Source of the DNA: a virus | Taxonomy: Duplodnaviria > Caudoviricetes | Virus record (IMG/VR): IMGVR_UViG_3300043464_000574 | Span: 1 to 56,467 of that record | Reading direction: 5' to 3' (one strand) | Length of the DNA stretch: 56,467 nucleotides | Part shown: positions 17,152-27,900 of the stretch, one piece after another | How positions within the stretch are numbered: position 1 is the stretch's first letter | How the letters are laid out: every line of letters starts with the position of its first letter | Program-made: the position numbers and the translations under genes | Notes under the pieces: generated by a model | Database searches by the model: none | Told to the model about the DNA's origin: nothing | The model's input: the letters and a program-made list of their open reading frames with translations, nothing else

Positions 17152-18042
17152 ATGAAACTTACAAACAAGCATGGCTTGCCCAACACCGTCGTTCGTGCGT
17201 TGACCCGTAGCGAATACAGCAAGGGCGAAAGCAATCGATCCATCACTCAACTCATCGACTCACCCCGTGTTCGCATTCTCCGTCAGGAGAACTGGGAGAA
17301 CATGGAAGAGGATGTGAGCGAGAAAATGTGGGCAGTACTAGGCTCTGCCGCACATAAGATGTTCGAAGAGACCGGCGATGATAAGCACATTACCGAAGAG
17401 CGACTCTTCACTGAGATCGATGGCTGGGTCATCTCCGGTGCAATTGACGTACAGCGCGTCGAAGAAGACGGCATCACCATCCTCGACTACAAGACGACCA
17501 GTGTCTGGTCTGTGATCCTTGGGAAGGAAGGATGGGAAACGCAGTTGAACTGCTACGCATCCCTTGTCCGACGTGCGAAGAGCAAGAAGGTCAAGGCATT
17601 GAAGGTGGTGGCTATCCTCCGTGACTGGAACCGCCGCGATGCAGAGCAGAAGCAAGACTACCCGAAGGCACCCATCGTCGAGATCGATATCCCAATGTGG
17701 GATGAGCCGGTACAGGATCAGTACTTGGAAGATCGCGTTGCGTTGCACCAATCGGCTGAGTTCCAGAGACTGACTGGAGCGGAACTCCCTGAGTGTTCGA
17801 AGGAAGAGCGATGGGAGAAGCCTTCGATCTGGGCTGTCAAGAAGAAGGGCAACAAACGAGCCATCAAACTCTATGACAGTGAGTCTGAGGCGAAGGCTGC
17901 GCTTCTTGATGGTCAGGAGGTTGAGTTCCGTCGAGGGGAACCCGGACGATGTGCGGCTAACTGGTGCCGTGTAAACGCATGGTGTTCACAACACAAAAAA
18001 TATATCGACGAACTTGCCGAAACTCTGGCTCAAGACTCTTGA
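17152..18042 (+). CDS. PD-(D/E)XK (Cas4-like) exonuclease
   Basis: GSAAH, ISGAID, ILDYKTT, QLNCY, C-terminal cysteines; adjacent to the annealase gene. Confidence 0.85.
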   Translation: MKLTNKHGLPNTVVRALTRSEYSKGESNRSITQLIDSPRVRILRQENWENMEEDVSEKMWAVLGSAAHKMFEETGDDKHITEERLFTEIDGWVISGAIDVQRVEEDGITILDYKTTSVWSVILGKEGWETQLNCYASLVRRAKSKKVKALKVVAILRDWNRRDAEQKQDYPKAPIVEIDIPMWDEPVQDQYLEDRVALHQSAEFQRLTGAELPECSKEERWEKPSIWAVKKKGNKRAIKLYDSESEAKAALLDGQEVEFRRGEPGRCAANWCRVNAWCSQHKKYIDELAETLAQDS

Positions 18043-18066
18043 CCGCCATCAAATAACTTGTAAACT
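18039..18066 (+). promoter_or_regulatory. Sigma70-like promoter
   Basis: TTGACC-16 nt-TAAACT, followed by CGTAACA...AACAGGAGA. Confidence 0.5.
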
Positions 18067-18090
18067 CGTAACAAACTAACAGGAGATGTT

Positions 18091-18798
18091 ATGACTGAAG
18101 TATCTGCACCGACTTATGCAGAGATCTGGACGACCCTGTCCAAGATCGATGTCTCAAAGCATGTTGAAAAGAAGAACGGATTGTCCTATCTCAGTTGGGC
18201 ATGGGCATGGGGTGTTCTCATGCAGCAATACCCGCAGGCTGAGTATTCGTTTGCACACTCTGAGTTGCATCCTGATGGGACGGTGACGGTTCACTGCGAC
18301 ATCATGATCGGCCAGTGCCACCGGATGATGTGGCTCCCGGTCATGGACCACCGCAACAACGCCATCAAGAATCCTGATGCACGAAAGATCAGCGACACGA
18401 AGATGCGTTGCTTGGTGAAGTGCCTCGCGATGTTTGGACTCGGGCATTACATTTATGCCGGAGAGGATGTCCCGTCCACGGAACAGGAGTCCGCTCCGGT
18501 TCTGAGCAACGAGGAGATCACCGCCCTCAACGAGCCGCCTCCGAAGGTGAAGAAGGTGGCCCCGACAAAGCAGGGTCCGAACGATATCCCGACAGAGGAA
18601 GGCGCTGCGGAGGTTGTTGGGAAACTCATGGAGTTCGCCAACAAGTTCTGCGCGGATGAGGCAGGACTCAAGTCTTTCTGGAAGGAGAACAAACAGGTTA
18701 TCGATATCCTCGACAGCAACTACCCCGCTCAATACGAGGTGTTGAAGAAGGGATTTATTGAGTTGAAGGCAAAACTTGGAGGAAACAACAATGGCTGA
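18091..18798 (+). CDS. Sak/Rad52-like single-strand annealing protein (DUF1071-type)
   Basis: EKKNGLSYLSWAWAW, LPVMD.RN, MRCLVKCLAMFGLGHYIYAGED. Confidence 0.88.
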   Translation: MTEVSAPTYAEIWTTLSKIDVSKHVEKKNGLSYLSWAWAWGVLMQQYPQAEYSFAHSELHPDGTVTVHCDIMIGQCHRMMWLPVMDHRNNAIKNPDARKISDTKMRCLVKCLAMFGLGHYIYAGEDVPSTEQESAPVLSNEEITALNEPPPKVKKVAPTKQGPNDIPTEEGAAEVVGKLMEFANKFCADEAGLKSFWKENKQVIDILDSNYPAQYEVLKKGFIELKAKLGGNNNG

Positions 18799-19063
18799 GT
18801 ATCAGAATCGTGACATCACGCAGGGCGCACTCTTCATCAACAACAGGAAGAACTCCCAGAACCACCCCGATTTCCGTGGGGAACTGACCCTGAGCAAGGC
18901 TTTGCTCAAGGAGTTGGTTGAGAAGGCGAAGGCAGGCGAGGAACCGAAGATGTCCCTCTCCGTCTGGAAGAAGAAGTCCAAGGCGGGTAACGAGTTCATG
19001 TCCGTCGCCGCTCAGGTCTATGTGGATTACAAGAAGCAGAGCAGCGAAGAAGTACCGTTCTAA
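18791..19063 (+). CDS. Putative single-stranded DNA-binding protein
   Basis: GALFINN.K...HPDFRG, W.K.SKAG, acidic C-terminal EEVPF tail. Confidence 0.7.
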   Translation: MAEYQNRDITQGALFINNRKNSQNHPDFRGELTLSKALLKELVEKAKAGEEPKMSLSVWKKKSKAGNEFMSVAAQVYVDYKKQSSEEVPF

Positions 19064-19074
19064 CAGGAGGAACT

Positions 19075-19299
19075 ATGAAAGTTACCAAGTCATCGATGAT
19101 TCGCGACTTGCTCAAGAAAGGTTTGTCGAGCAAGGAGATCGTCAAGAAGTTGAAGGTCTCGCCACAGTTGGTCTACATCGTCTCGAAAACCTACGGTGCA
19201 AAGCCTGCGGTTAAACGAGACGTTAAGGTGAAGAGGGCCAACGTCTCAGACCTTATTGCCTCCCTCAAGACGATCATCAAGGCACTGGAGAAAGTCTGA
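19075..19299 (+). CDS. Small basic HTH-like protein
   Basis: AGGAGG RBS; IRDLLKKGLSSKEIVKKLKVSPQLVY HTH pattern. Confidence 0.65.
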   Translation: MKVTKSSMIRDLLKKGLSSKEIVKKLKVSPQLVYIVSKTYGAKPAVKRDVKVKRANVSDLIASLKTIIKALEKV

Positions 19300-19430
19300 T
19301 GATCCGGTGGTTGCGAGGATTGATTCAGAGAATGAATAGATTTCGCAACTGGGAATGGAGACACGTCCCTTCCCCGAACTGGAGATCCAGTCGGGGCGGG
19401 GGCGGGTTCAACAGCAGGGACTACTGGTGA
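19299..19430 (+). CDS. 43-aa Arg/Trp-rich microprotein
   Basis: TGATG coupling, GGAG RBS; MIRWLRGLIQRMNRFRNWEWRHVPSPNWRSSRGGGGFNSRDYW; GTGA overlap with the next gene. Confidence 0.5.
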   Translation: MIRWLRGLIQRMNRFRNWEWRHVPSPNWRSSRGGGGFNSRDYW

Positions 19431-21271
19431 AAGACGAACTCATCAAGACTTTGCAGATCGGCGTCAACCTTTCGAACGAAGACAAGTTCGATGAGGCCAT
19501 CAAGGAGTTCGACAAGATAGCCGAACTCTATAACGCTATGGTCCAAGCCCTGATTCAAAGGGGCCGCAGTCATTGGGAGATGAAGCGGTGGGATCTTGCC
19601 ACCGAAGACTTCAACAAAGCCCAAGCGATGGACCCAACGAACATGGATATCCCATGGACGATGGCTCTCATGAACCTTCAGAAGCGAAACTTCCCCGAAG
19701 GGTGGAAGACGTTCGACTACCGATGGGAATCGAAGAAGTTCGACAGCCCACGCCTGAAGACCAACAAGCCGCAGTGGGAATTGGGGAAAGGCTACAAGGA
19801 TCTACTCGTCTGGTCGGAACAAGGGGTGGGGGATCAGATCCTCTACTGCTCATTGCTACGACACCTCAAGACTCTCGTCCCGGAACTGACCGTCCTGATG
19901 GACGCTCGCCTGATACCGTTGTTTAAACGATCGTTCTCGGATATCCAGTTCGTTCCCCAGAACGCACGGGTCTGGGACATCGACTCGCAGATCCCGATGG
20001 GGAGCATTGCCAAGGAACTGATCCCGGAGATGGCTGACATTCCGAAGTTCCGGGCGGACCCCTATCTGATACCCGATTACGCCCGCGCTAGTGCCATTAG
20101 GGCGGACTTCAACCTCAAGCCGGGTGAGAAGTTGGTCGGCCTTTCTTGGGCCTCAGGAGCGCCCAGAATCGGCAACCACAAGTCTGCTGCCCTGACGGAC
20201 TTCCTGCCCTTCTTGCAGATCCCGAACACCCGTTTCGTCAGTCTCCAATACGGGGACCACTACGCAGAAGCCTATGAACTCGAAAAGACCCACGGCATCC
20301 AGATCGAACAGGTTCTGGATATCGATAACACCAAAGACTTGGATGGACTCGCGGCGCTCATCAACGCTTGCGATGCGGTGGTCACCGTCAGCAACGCGAC
20401 CGGTCATCTTGCCGGTGCCATTGGAGTCAAGGCCTTTCTCTTGGATTCCAACAAACTCTGGTACTGGAACAGTTGTGTGGGGAACCAGAACCTCTGGTAT
20501 CCGTCTGTCAACACCTACCCAAAGGACAGCGCCATAGCCCCTTGGGCTCCGCAGATCGAAGCCTTAACGGAGGACATTAAAGCGTACCTCTCTGGCGAGA
20601 GTCCTGTCTCGACGTTCGTGTTCTTTCGGACAGGAACTGAAGAGGAACTCGTCTATACCAAGAAGTTCGTGGCGTCTCTTCGCGCATCGAATCCCAACGC
20701 AGAGATCATCATGTGTACGGATCGGCACACGCCTGAGATCGAAGGCACCCGCCGATTCGAACTCACCCTCGACACAGACAACTGGATGGAGTACCGCCTC
20801 CAGATCTATGCCGAACTGCGTTTAACCAAACCGGCCATGTACTTGGACGATGACATGATCGTCAATGCATCCATAGATCCGAAGCGATTGTTGGGTGAGC
20901 AAAGGGTTCTGCTCTGCGAAAGATCTTTCAGTCGCGATCTCTACTTCAACACGCAGATGAAGGGACTCGACTTCTCAGAGCATCAAGGGAAGTTGATCCA
21001 TCAGGTCTATCCGTACCTCGCCTGCGCGACGGTGACCAAGGACTATCTTTTCTGGGCAGATCTTTTATTCATCATGGATCACATCGACCCCAAGTACCGC
21101 AAATGGTACGGCGATCAAGAATGCATGAGGATCTGGGTGCAAGCCGCAGAGAAGGGTGACTACGGCGTACTGCCTGAAGCGGACTACGCTTGTCTTCCAG
21201 AAGAACTCTCTGGACGGAACCCGAAGATCATCCACTACAAAGGAAGCCGCAAGTCGGAGATGCTCAAATGA
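19427..21271 (+). CDS. TPR + GT-B (GT9-like) glycosyltransferase fused to a C-terminal GT-A-like domain
   Basis: N-terminal TPR; EQGVGDQI, VGLSW.SG, FVSLQYG, VVTVSNATGHLAGAIG, WYPSV; C-terminal YLDDDM, WYGDQ, IIHYKG. Confidence 0.8.
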   Translation: MKDELIKTLQIGVNLSNEDKFDEAIKEFDKIAELYNAMVQALIQRGRSHWEMKRWDLATEDFNKAQAMDPTNMDIPWTMALMNLQKRNFPEGWKTFDYRWESKKFDSPRLKTNKPQWELGKGYKDLLVWSEQGVGDQILYCSLLRHLKTLVPELTVLMDARLIPLFKRSFSDIQFVPQNARVWDIDSQIPMGSIAKELIPEMADIPKFRADPYLIPDYARASAIRADFNLKPGEKLVGLSWASGAPRIGNHKSAALTDFLPFLQIPNTRFVSLQYGDHYAEAYELEKTHGIQIEQVLDIDNTKDLDGLAALINACDAVVTVSNATGHLAGAIGVKAFLLDSNKLWYWNSCVGNQNLWYPSVNTYPKDSAIAPWAPQIEALTEDIKAYLSGESPVSTFVFFRTGTEEELVYTKKFVASLRASNPNAEIIMCTDRHTPEIEGTRRFELTLDTDNWMEYRLQIYAELRLTKPAMYLDDDMIVNASIDPKRLLGEQRVLLCERSFSRDLYFNTQMKGLDFSEHQGKLIHQVYPYLACATVTKDYLFWADLLFIMDHIDPKYRKWYGDQECMRIWVQAAEKGDYGVLPEADYACLPEELSGRNPKIIHYKGSRKSEMLK

Positions 21272-21897
21272 AACAAGTCCAAGGTTGGTGGTTGCCCGAT
21301 GAAGAGAACCATATCGGGCAGTACTTCGAAGCCATCAATGCAGGCACATACCAGCCTGCTCACCAGCGTGAGTCGGTTAAACATTGCACGAAGTTCCGTA
21401 CAGCGGTGGATATCGGAGCGCATGTTGGACTCTGGGCGAGGGGTCTTACTGAGAAGTTCGACACGGTCATTGCCTTTGAACCTTGCGAAGAGTTTGCGAA
21501 GTTACTCGCACAGAACGCGCCGAGGGTGAAGACCATTCATCGATATGCGCTTGGAGAGAAGGAAGGTTCCGTGAAGATGGTGATCGAACCTGACAACACC
21601 GGCTCGACCCATGTGGCGCGTGGCGCTACAGGCGACATCCCCATGCTACCCCTTGATCATTTCCAGTTGACCGATGTGGACTTTGTGAAGATAGATGTCG
21701 AAGGGTTTGAACTAGAGGTGGTGAAGGGCGGATTCGATACCTTCAAGAACAATGATCCGGTGGTGATTGTTGAACAGAAGGATCGGTATGTCGTTCCTGA
21801 GCAAGGCAAACATGCGGCAGTGCGATTCCTGATGAGGGAGTTGCAGTATCGGGTGGTGGGACGAGTGATCGATGATTGGATCTTGAGGAAGTTATGA
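21268..21897 (+). CDS. FkbM-family SAM-dependent methyltransferase
   Basis: VDIGAHVG, IAFEP, YALG, FVKIDVEGFELEVVKG. Confidence 0.9.
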   Translation: MKQVQGWWLPDEENHIGQYFEAINAGTYQPAHQRESVKHCTKFRTAVDIGAHVGLWARGLTEKFDTVIAFEPCEEFAKLLAQNAPRVKTIHRYALGEKEGSVKMVIEPDNTGSTHVARGATGDIPMLPLDHFQLTDVDFVKIDVEGFELEVVKGGFDTFKNNDPVVIVEQKDRYVVPEQGKHAAVRFLMRELQYRVVGRVIDDWILRKL

Positions 21898-21931
21898 TTC
21901 GCTACGCCATCCGTGCGAGGGGAGAAAGCAA

Positions 21932-22291
21932 ATGACATCTGTGCATCAGAAAAAAGAACTAGGCCGTTGGCTACTGCCGGGGGCGGAGGGTGTCCAACAG
22001 TTTGGAGTGACCCGCAAACCCCACGCATTCCACCGCGCCATGATGCGACTGTGCTTCGGCTGGCAATGGATGGACAAGGAACTGACTTGCGACTACTGCA
22101 ACCTCTACCCACGGCTACGCAAGAAAACACATTGCGAAGAGTGCGCCCGTTCGCTGGAAGGCGGTGAGCAATACACCGTGATCAAACTCGCTGAGAAAGC
22201 CGGGATCGTATTTGGAATTAACAGCACGGAAATCACAGTGCAGAAATTGGAGAAGTTTTTCGCCCTTGCACAGGGAATCAAGAAGACATGA
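21932..22291 (+). CDS. Hypothetical protein with a CxxC...CxxC zinc finger
   Basis: 119 aa, GGAG RBS, CDYC...CEEC. Confidence 0.65.
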   Translation: MTSVHQKKELGRWLLPGAEGVQQFGVTRKPHAFHRAMMRLCFGWQWMDKELTCDYCNLYPRLRKKTHCEECARSLEGGEQYTVIKLAEKAGIVFGINSTEITVQKLEKFFALAQGIKKT

Positions 22292-22304
22292 CACGGGGGA
22301 ACGA

Positions 22305-22982
22305 ATGAGAGTCTTCATTGGATACGACAGCCGGGAAGACGTTGCCTTTCGGGTTTGCGAGAGTTCGCTCCGTAAGTACAGCAAGATCCCCATCGATGTC
22401 TGGCCGATTAGGCAGCAAGACATGCGTACTCAGAAACTCTACTGGAGAGATCATGATCCGCTCGCCTCCACGGAGTTCTCGTTTACACGCTTCCTCACGC
22501 CGTATCTGGCTGGATACAAGGGCTGGGCATTGTTCTGTGATTGCGACTTCTTCTTTCGAAAGGACATCTCAGGGCTGCGTGATTACATGAATCCCGAGAA
22601 GGCGGTGATGGTGGTTAAACACGAATACAACCCGCCAGAGAAGATTAAGATGGATGGGAAAGCACAGACCCAGTACACCCGAAAGAACTGGAGTTCGTTC
22701 ATGCTCATCAACTGTGAGCATCCATCCGTGCAAGCCCTTACTCCAGATGTGGTGAATACACAGACCGGCCTGTACCTTCACCGGCTCCAATGGCTAGAGA
22801 ACAAGCACATTGGTGAACTCCCGGTGACCTACAACTACCTTGAGGGTTGGCATACCAAGCAGGACTGCGATGATCCTATCGCTGTTCACTTCACTCGCGG
22901 TGGCCCTTGGTTCAAGGGCTACGCACAGGTTGAATACGGCGACGAATGGCTTGAACACGCAAAGAGGATTACCCATGAATGA
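22305..22982 (+). CDS. GT-A (GT8-related) glycosyltransferase
   Basis: RVFIGYDSRE, STEFSFTRFL, DCD, RKNWSS, HFTRGGPW. Confidence 0.85.
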   Translation: MRVFIGYDSREDVAFRVCESSLRKYSKIPIDVWPIRQQDMRTQKLYWRDHDPLASTEFSFTRFLTPYLAGYKGWALFCDCDFFFRKDISGLRDYMNPEKAVMVVKHEYNPPEKIKMDGKAQTQYTRKNWSSFMLINCEHPSVQALTPDVVNTQTGLYLHRLQWLENKHIGELPVTYNYLEGWHTKQDCDDPIAVHFTRGGPWFKGYAQVEYGDEWLEHAKRITHE

Positions 22983-23220
22983 AGAAGACGTGTCCTATTT
23001 AGACATCCCTTCAAACAAGACCGAAGAGAAGGTCTGGTGCAAGATCGGTGATGCCGGGAACTTGGAGTTCGTGGACTGGAAGATCATCAAGGGGATGGCT
23101 GAGGATTTCGATCTCAAGCGTCCTCAAGATCGTACTGAACAGATGTTGATTGCAAAACTGATGTGGTTGGTTAGAGAAGAAACCAAGCGGGAGTTTGGCA
23201 ATGAAGACAAGGCAGGATGA
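22975..23220 (+). CDS. Hypothetical protein
   Basis: GAGG RBS, MNEEDV..., coupled ORF. Confidence 0.6.
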   Translation: MNEEDVSYLDIPSNKTEEKVWCKIGDAGNLEFVDWKIIKGMAEDFDLKRPQDRTEQMLIAKLMWLVREETKREFGNEDKAG

Positions 23221-23422
23221 GTTCTATGATGATTGGGACAGGGAATGGGATGCCATGTCCCATACGACAAGCGAATACCAGAGAGAGATTAAAGAACTCA
23301 GGGCTAGGATCTTTGAGTACTTAAAGGAAATAGCAGAGAGAGATCACCTGATCGAAAGCATGAAAGAAGAACTCGCCCTCCAGAATAAGTACTGGATGAA
23401 ATCATTTGGCATGGACAAATGA
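23201..23422 (+). CDS. Small coiled-coil protein
   Basis: GGAG RBS; part of a chain of overlapping ORFs. Confidence 0.6.
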   Translation: MKTRQDEFYDDWDREWDAMSHTTSEYQREIKELRARIFEYLKEIAERDHLIESMKEELALQNKYWMKSFGMDK

Positions 23423-23616
23423 ACTGGAAACGAGAAGACATCCTTGAGGTGTTGGGTTGGGTGGAAGAATCCGCCGATGACATCAACGCCATTACCACAG
23501 AACTGGAGTTCATCGTGGTGAGCGAACTATTTAAACGATGTGCCGATGAGATCCGCAGTCTGCGGGCAGAGATCGCTGAACTGAAAAGCAAAAAACCAAA
23601 CAGGAGAAGGAAATGA
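23419..23616 (+). CDS. Hypothetical protein
   Basis: 65 aa, ATGA coupling, AADEI-like motif. Confidence 0.6.
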   Translation: MNWKREDILEVLGWVEESADDINAITTELEFIVVSELFKRCADEIRSLRAEIAELKSKKPNRRRK

Positions 23617-23801
23617 ATCTTGAGAAAACGTCTTCGTTCACTGAAGTTGATTACGCCTTGGAAGAGGCGCAGTACCTGACACAGAAAGAGAAGACCCAAT
23701 ACTCAGTTGTTCAAGTTGATGGAATCGCAGGGCGTAGGTTCTATGCTCTGCCGACAGACACTATCGTTTCGGTCACGATCCTCGAAACATTTACCCCATG
23801 A
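23613..23801 (+). CDS. Hypothetical protein
   Basis: 62 aa, AGGAG RBS, ATGA coupling. Confidence 0.6.
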   Translation: MNLEKTSSFTEVDYALEEAQYLTQKEKTQYSVVQVDGIAGRRFYALPTDTIVSVTILETFTP

Positions 23802-24292
23802 ACCCAGTGGTGAATCTGCTCCCTTGGGAGTATGAATGGGTCTGTCATGTGGGTGCGAGAAGGTATGCGGCGAACTGGTTCAGACCAGATGCCAAGCATT
23901 ACCACAGAGACAGGATGGAAGATGACAGGACCGCTGCGGCTGCTGCGTGTGCTGCGGAACTGGCGGTAGCGAAGTACACCAATCGCTACTGGTCAGGTCA
24001 TGTCTGGGACTATCGGGATCACAACCAGTACAAAGAGATTCCCGATGTCGGGACAAACATCGAAGTCCGTCGCATCCGAACAAGGGAAACAGCGGCAGTC
24101 AGGAAGAGACAGGTCGGTAAGGGTCTGGTCCTATTCGTTGCCAAGCCCATCATGCCTGAGATCCGCAGCGTCGAGATCTACGGGTGGATGCACTACGACG
24201 AAGCATGGTCAGTCGGAACCCAGTCCGACTACGACCCTGATACCCGACTCATCAGCGTGGATCATTTAAACACTTATGAACCCAAATCTTGA
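23798..24292 (+). CDS. Hypothetical protein, possible restriction-endonuclease-like fold
   Basis: 164 aa; AELAVAK...PDVG.NIEVR resembles a PD-(D/E)xK pattern. Confidence 0.55.
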   Translation: MNPVVNLLPWEYEWVCHVGARRYAANWFRPDAKHYHRDRMEDDRTAAAAACAAELAVAKYTNRYWSGHVWDYRDHNQYKEIPDVGTNIEVRRIRTRETAAVRKRQVGKGLVLFVAKPIMPEIRSVEIYGWMHYDEAWSVGTQSDYDPDTRLISVDHLNTYEPKS

Positions 24293-24599
24293 AGAGATCA
24301 TTGCGAAGGTTGTCAAACAGAACCGGCGTAGTCTGGGTCAGAACTCACTGATGTGGGCGTTGCTCAGTGACATCTCCAGACAGGTGGAATGGCACGGGCA
24401 GAGGCTCTCCAAGAATGACTGGAAGTGGATCTTCACTGCGGCGGTACGCAGGCAGAGGATGGTTCCGGGGATCGACGGGGGGATGGTCTATCTGGGGGAG
24501 CCTACTTCGGGGATGTCCAAACAGGAACTCGCAGACCTGATCGAACTCATCTACCACTTCGGTGCAGAGCGCGGTGTTGAATGGACGGAAGTTGACTGA
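24276..24599 (+). CDS. ninB: NinB/Orf-like recombination mediator
   Basis: RSLGQNSLMWALL.DISRQVEWHG, WKWIF, VPGIDGG, TSGM, LIELI..FGAERGV.W. Confidence 0.88.
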   Translation: MNPNLEEIIAKVVKQNRRSLGQNSLMWALLSDISRQVEWHGQRLSKNDWKWIFTAAVRRQRMVPGIDGGMVYLGEPTSGMSKQELADLIELIYHFGAERGVEWTEVD

Positions 24600-24608
24600 T
24601 ACTCTGCG

Positions 24609-24965
24609 CTAGGCAGCGTTCTCCTGTTTGCTGCCTGTTTGTGAAACCTTCTTGAGGGGGGTCAAGTCTGACTCCCCTCCTTTTTCGTCCAACAGACGGA
24701 TGGTTTCAGCCAGCAGATCCAATTCGGATAACTTGGCGATCTTCATCAGAGCCTTGGTTCCGTGGAACCCATGAGTTCCCCGATGGCATTCCACACAGAG
24801 AGCCACAGTCAGGTAGTCACTTGCCCTGTCCCCAAGCCCATGCCCGGTACGGATATGGTGGGCTTCTGTCACAGAGGTTTGAGGCTGGCCCAGTAAGGAA
24901 CAGAGGACACAGTCCAACTGTTTAACCTTGCCGAGGTACTGACTAGCCTGCTTGTCTCTGCTCAC
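24609..24965 (-). CDS. HNH-like zinc-binding protein (DUF968/Ref-like)
   Basis: CVLC...EAHHIR...ALCVECHRG..GFH. Confidence 0.7.
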   Translation of the reverse strand: MSRDKQASQYLGKVKQLDCVLCSLLGQPQTSVTEAHHIRTGHGLGDRASDYLTVALCVECHRGTHGFHGTKALMKIAKLSELDLLAETIRLLDEKGGESDLTPLKKVSQTGSKQENAA

Positions 24966-27900
24966 TAAATGCGGTCCTTCTTAAAATTGGCATGATCTGA
25001 AGTGTTGCATTCATGTTTGCGTCCATCTGATCAATGACCTGCTTCTTAATCTCAGGGTCCAAAGGCGACTTCAGTACTGCATCCTTTTGGTCCCTATAAT
25101 TTTTCATGATCTTATTCAACGCATCAACGCCAGACTTCACAGCAAGAATGTTCTGATTCTCCATGATATAGGCGTTCAATTCTTCAATGCGCCCATCCTC
25201 GCGCAACTGCCTAATCGTGTTGGTAACTTTGCCAACCTCGCGATAGAGGTCGTAATACTGAGCCTGCAGACCCGGCTGATTGGCATCCGCAAAGAATCGA
25301 CGTACAAACGGATACTCATACGGATCACGCGCCGGATACGCTCTGTCTGAATCCCTCAAAAGATGATCGATTGCATCAAGCGTATAGGTTCCCAATGTCC
25401 CGAAGTATCCGTTCAAAAGATGGTCAATCTTAATAGGCGAATATCCGGTAGCCTCGCCAAGTCTACGCGCCAGTTCGTTAGTACCAAATCTTGTTTGGTA
25501 TTCTGCGGCGATCCGCTCATCCATGTAGGGCGGGATCACTGACCTTCCAGTGAAGGTATCGTAGTTCGCGTAGATCTCTGCAATAGGCAACACAGCCTGC
25601 GGGATTGGGTTAAACGCGAGAGTCGATGTTACAGCGCGAGCCGCAGATTGACGTGCGTCTCTGAAGGTATCTGTCCCATCAGACAAACGCATGATCCGCT
25701 CTGGCAAAGTCTTGAATAGCAACCCAACTTCAAACGGAATAGGAATGCGAATAGCGAAGCCCATGCCGGTTGGGAATATGTAGTAGTTATCGAGAACTTC
25801 AGGGTTTGCGTTCTTGTACTCATCGTCATCAGAGACCATGGAGTAGTAGTACATGGTCAATCCAACCATCAGTGCTGCTCTTGCCGTAAAGTTAAGAGCA
25901 TTCTTTGTGCGACTTCTGGTAGGCCCGAACTGTCCTGTTCCCGCTTGATACAATTTATCTAAGCCCTGAATGCGAGCATTCAAGAATGGCACTATCGCAC
26001 TCAAGGTGCGGATGATCGGACTTCTTCCACGCCGACCGTAGTTCATTACAGACAGCGCCTGATATACCGCTTCGGCTTCGTTGCCAGTTCTCTTCAGAGT
26101 GTCTTCATAAACTCTGATTCGGTTAAACGCCTCTGATCTATCAGAGACTTGGCCTGCTGCATCCCATATCCAACTGAATGGCTTGAGGTATTTAGACCTT
26201 GATACTTTTCCCAACGCGCTTGGGTATTCGACAGGAATCTCATGCCCCATCTTCTTGGCTTCGTCAGAAAGATAAACCGCCATATCCTTAGGGTCTCTGG
26301 CAAAGTCATATCCGCCTATCACGCCAGTCCTTCTTAACTGATCAAACCCATCTGCAAAGTTTTTTACCGCAGTTCCCGCTGCGGCAATACTGGCTTGGCT
26401 TGTAAACGTGACAGAGGCTGTATCGCGTATCAAGTTTGCAATCATGTACCCCGGTTCACGGGTAATCATTTCGCGAAGTATGCTGGCTGGAACTCTGAAA
26501 ACAGTTTCCAATACGCCAGTAACGCCAAGTTCAGGCAGCGCCTGCATAGATTCAAAGATCAATGGGTCATCAATAAACGCACTGTATTTCTTTCCTTGAA
26601 CCTTGAACGTAACAGTTGATAAACCTTCTGTTTGCTGCCCCGGCTGAACCATTCTGCCCAAGCCAATCTGAATCATGTCGCGCACAATGCGCTGCTGCGC
26701 GACGTTCTTCATGCCCATCGCAATCGCTGCATCAAGGTTGGTCAAGATCGATTCCAGAAGCGGCATGTTGATGGCTTCTGAACTTTTACCCACAGCCTTG
26801 AGGTGAGTAGTAGAAGTTAATCCACCAAAGATCTTTGGGTGAGCAACAGATCCACCTCTGGTCTCACGGTAAAACGGAATGTAGTCCGACTGCTGTAACC
26901 ACAACTGTGCGCCTGCATCGTCGATCATCCCGGTATCGCGCAGGAACTGAACAACGTATCCATTGTACGCCTGCCATGCGTCATACCATTCCTTGATGAT
27001 TGAATTGCCGGTTTCAGGGTTAACGAATCTTGCTACTTCGGCTTCCAGCCGAGGAAGATCTGCCGGGTCTCCCGGCGCTAACTTGCCTTCTGCGGTTAAA
27101 CGGCGACCACGCAGGGCAATGGCATACGATTGGGCGAGCCGCTCAAGGTTCCCGTACTGATTGGAATACAAAGGGGCCATGACCTCTGCCAGTCCACGGT
27201 AACGCCTGTTGTTGTGGATGAAGTCCTCGACCTTGACGAGTCCGTTTCTGTAAACAGGGACGCCATCTTTAATGGCAGACGCAGTGATTGCCCTATGTCG
27301 ATCTGCCAACTCTACACCCACAAGGGCGCTAGAGTCGGCTGTGTTACGCATCAGATTAGGATCGCGTTGGTAGAGATACTCAAGGCGCGAGTTGTTATTG
27401 ATCCAGTTCATTCTGAAGATTTCGACCAGTCTTCTGAATGGACTTAACGTCAGACCTTGGACAATGGTCTGTCCAACGGTTTGATTAGGCGGATCAACCG
27501 CTAACTTGTCGAGGATCTGATCAACGCCGGGGCTATAGGTCGGCTGATTGTTACGCGAATATCGAATGAAATCGTTTGCGTCTAACTTCTCGCCAGCCTC
27601 GGGGTTCTGAGCAACATACAAGGCTTCTGGAGAAGCGTTTAAATTGTATAGCGGGACCGTTCCAAACGGAGCCTTGGCAATGTTCTCTTCTGCTTTCTTA
27701 ACCGCACGATCAAGTTGCTCTTTCGGACGAGCGCGAGACTCCCGAACTATTTGTTCAGTTTCTGCTTGCGGTAGAGTTCCACTAACTTCGCTACTTGGCG
27801 GTTCAACTGCTCCCTCGACAGGCTCAGTTGTTCCCGGTCGAACTCGTTCTGCTCGGCGCTGTCTGCGGCCCCGAACCCTATCCTCGGCTCGCTTAATTGC

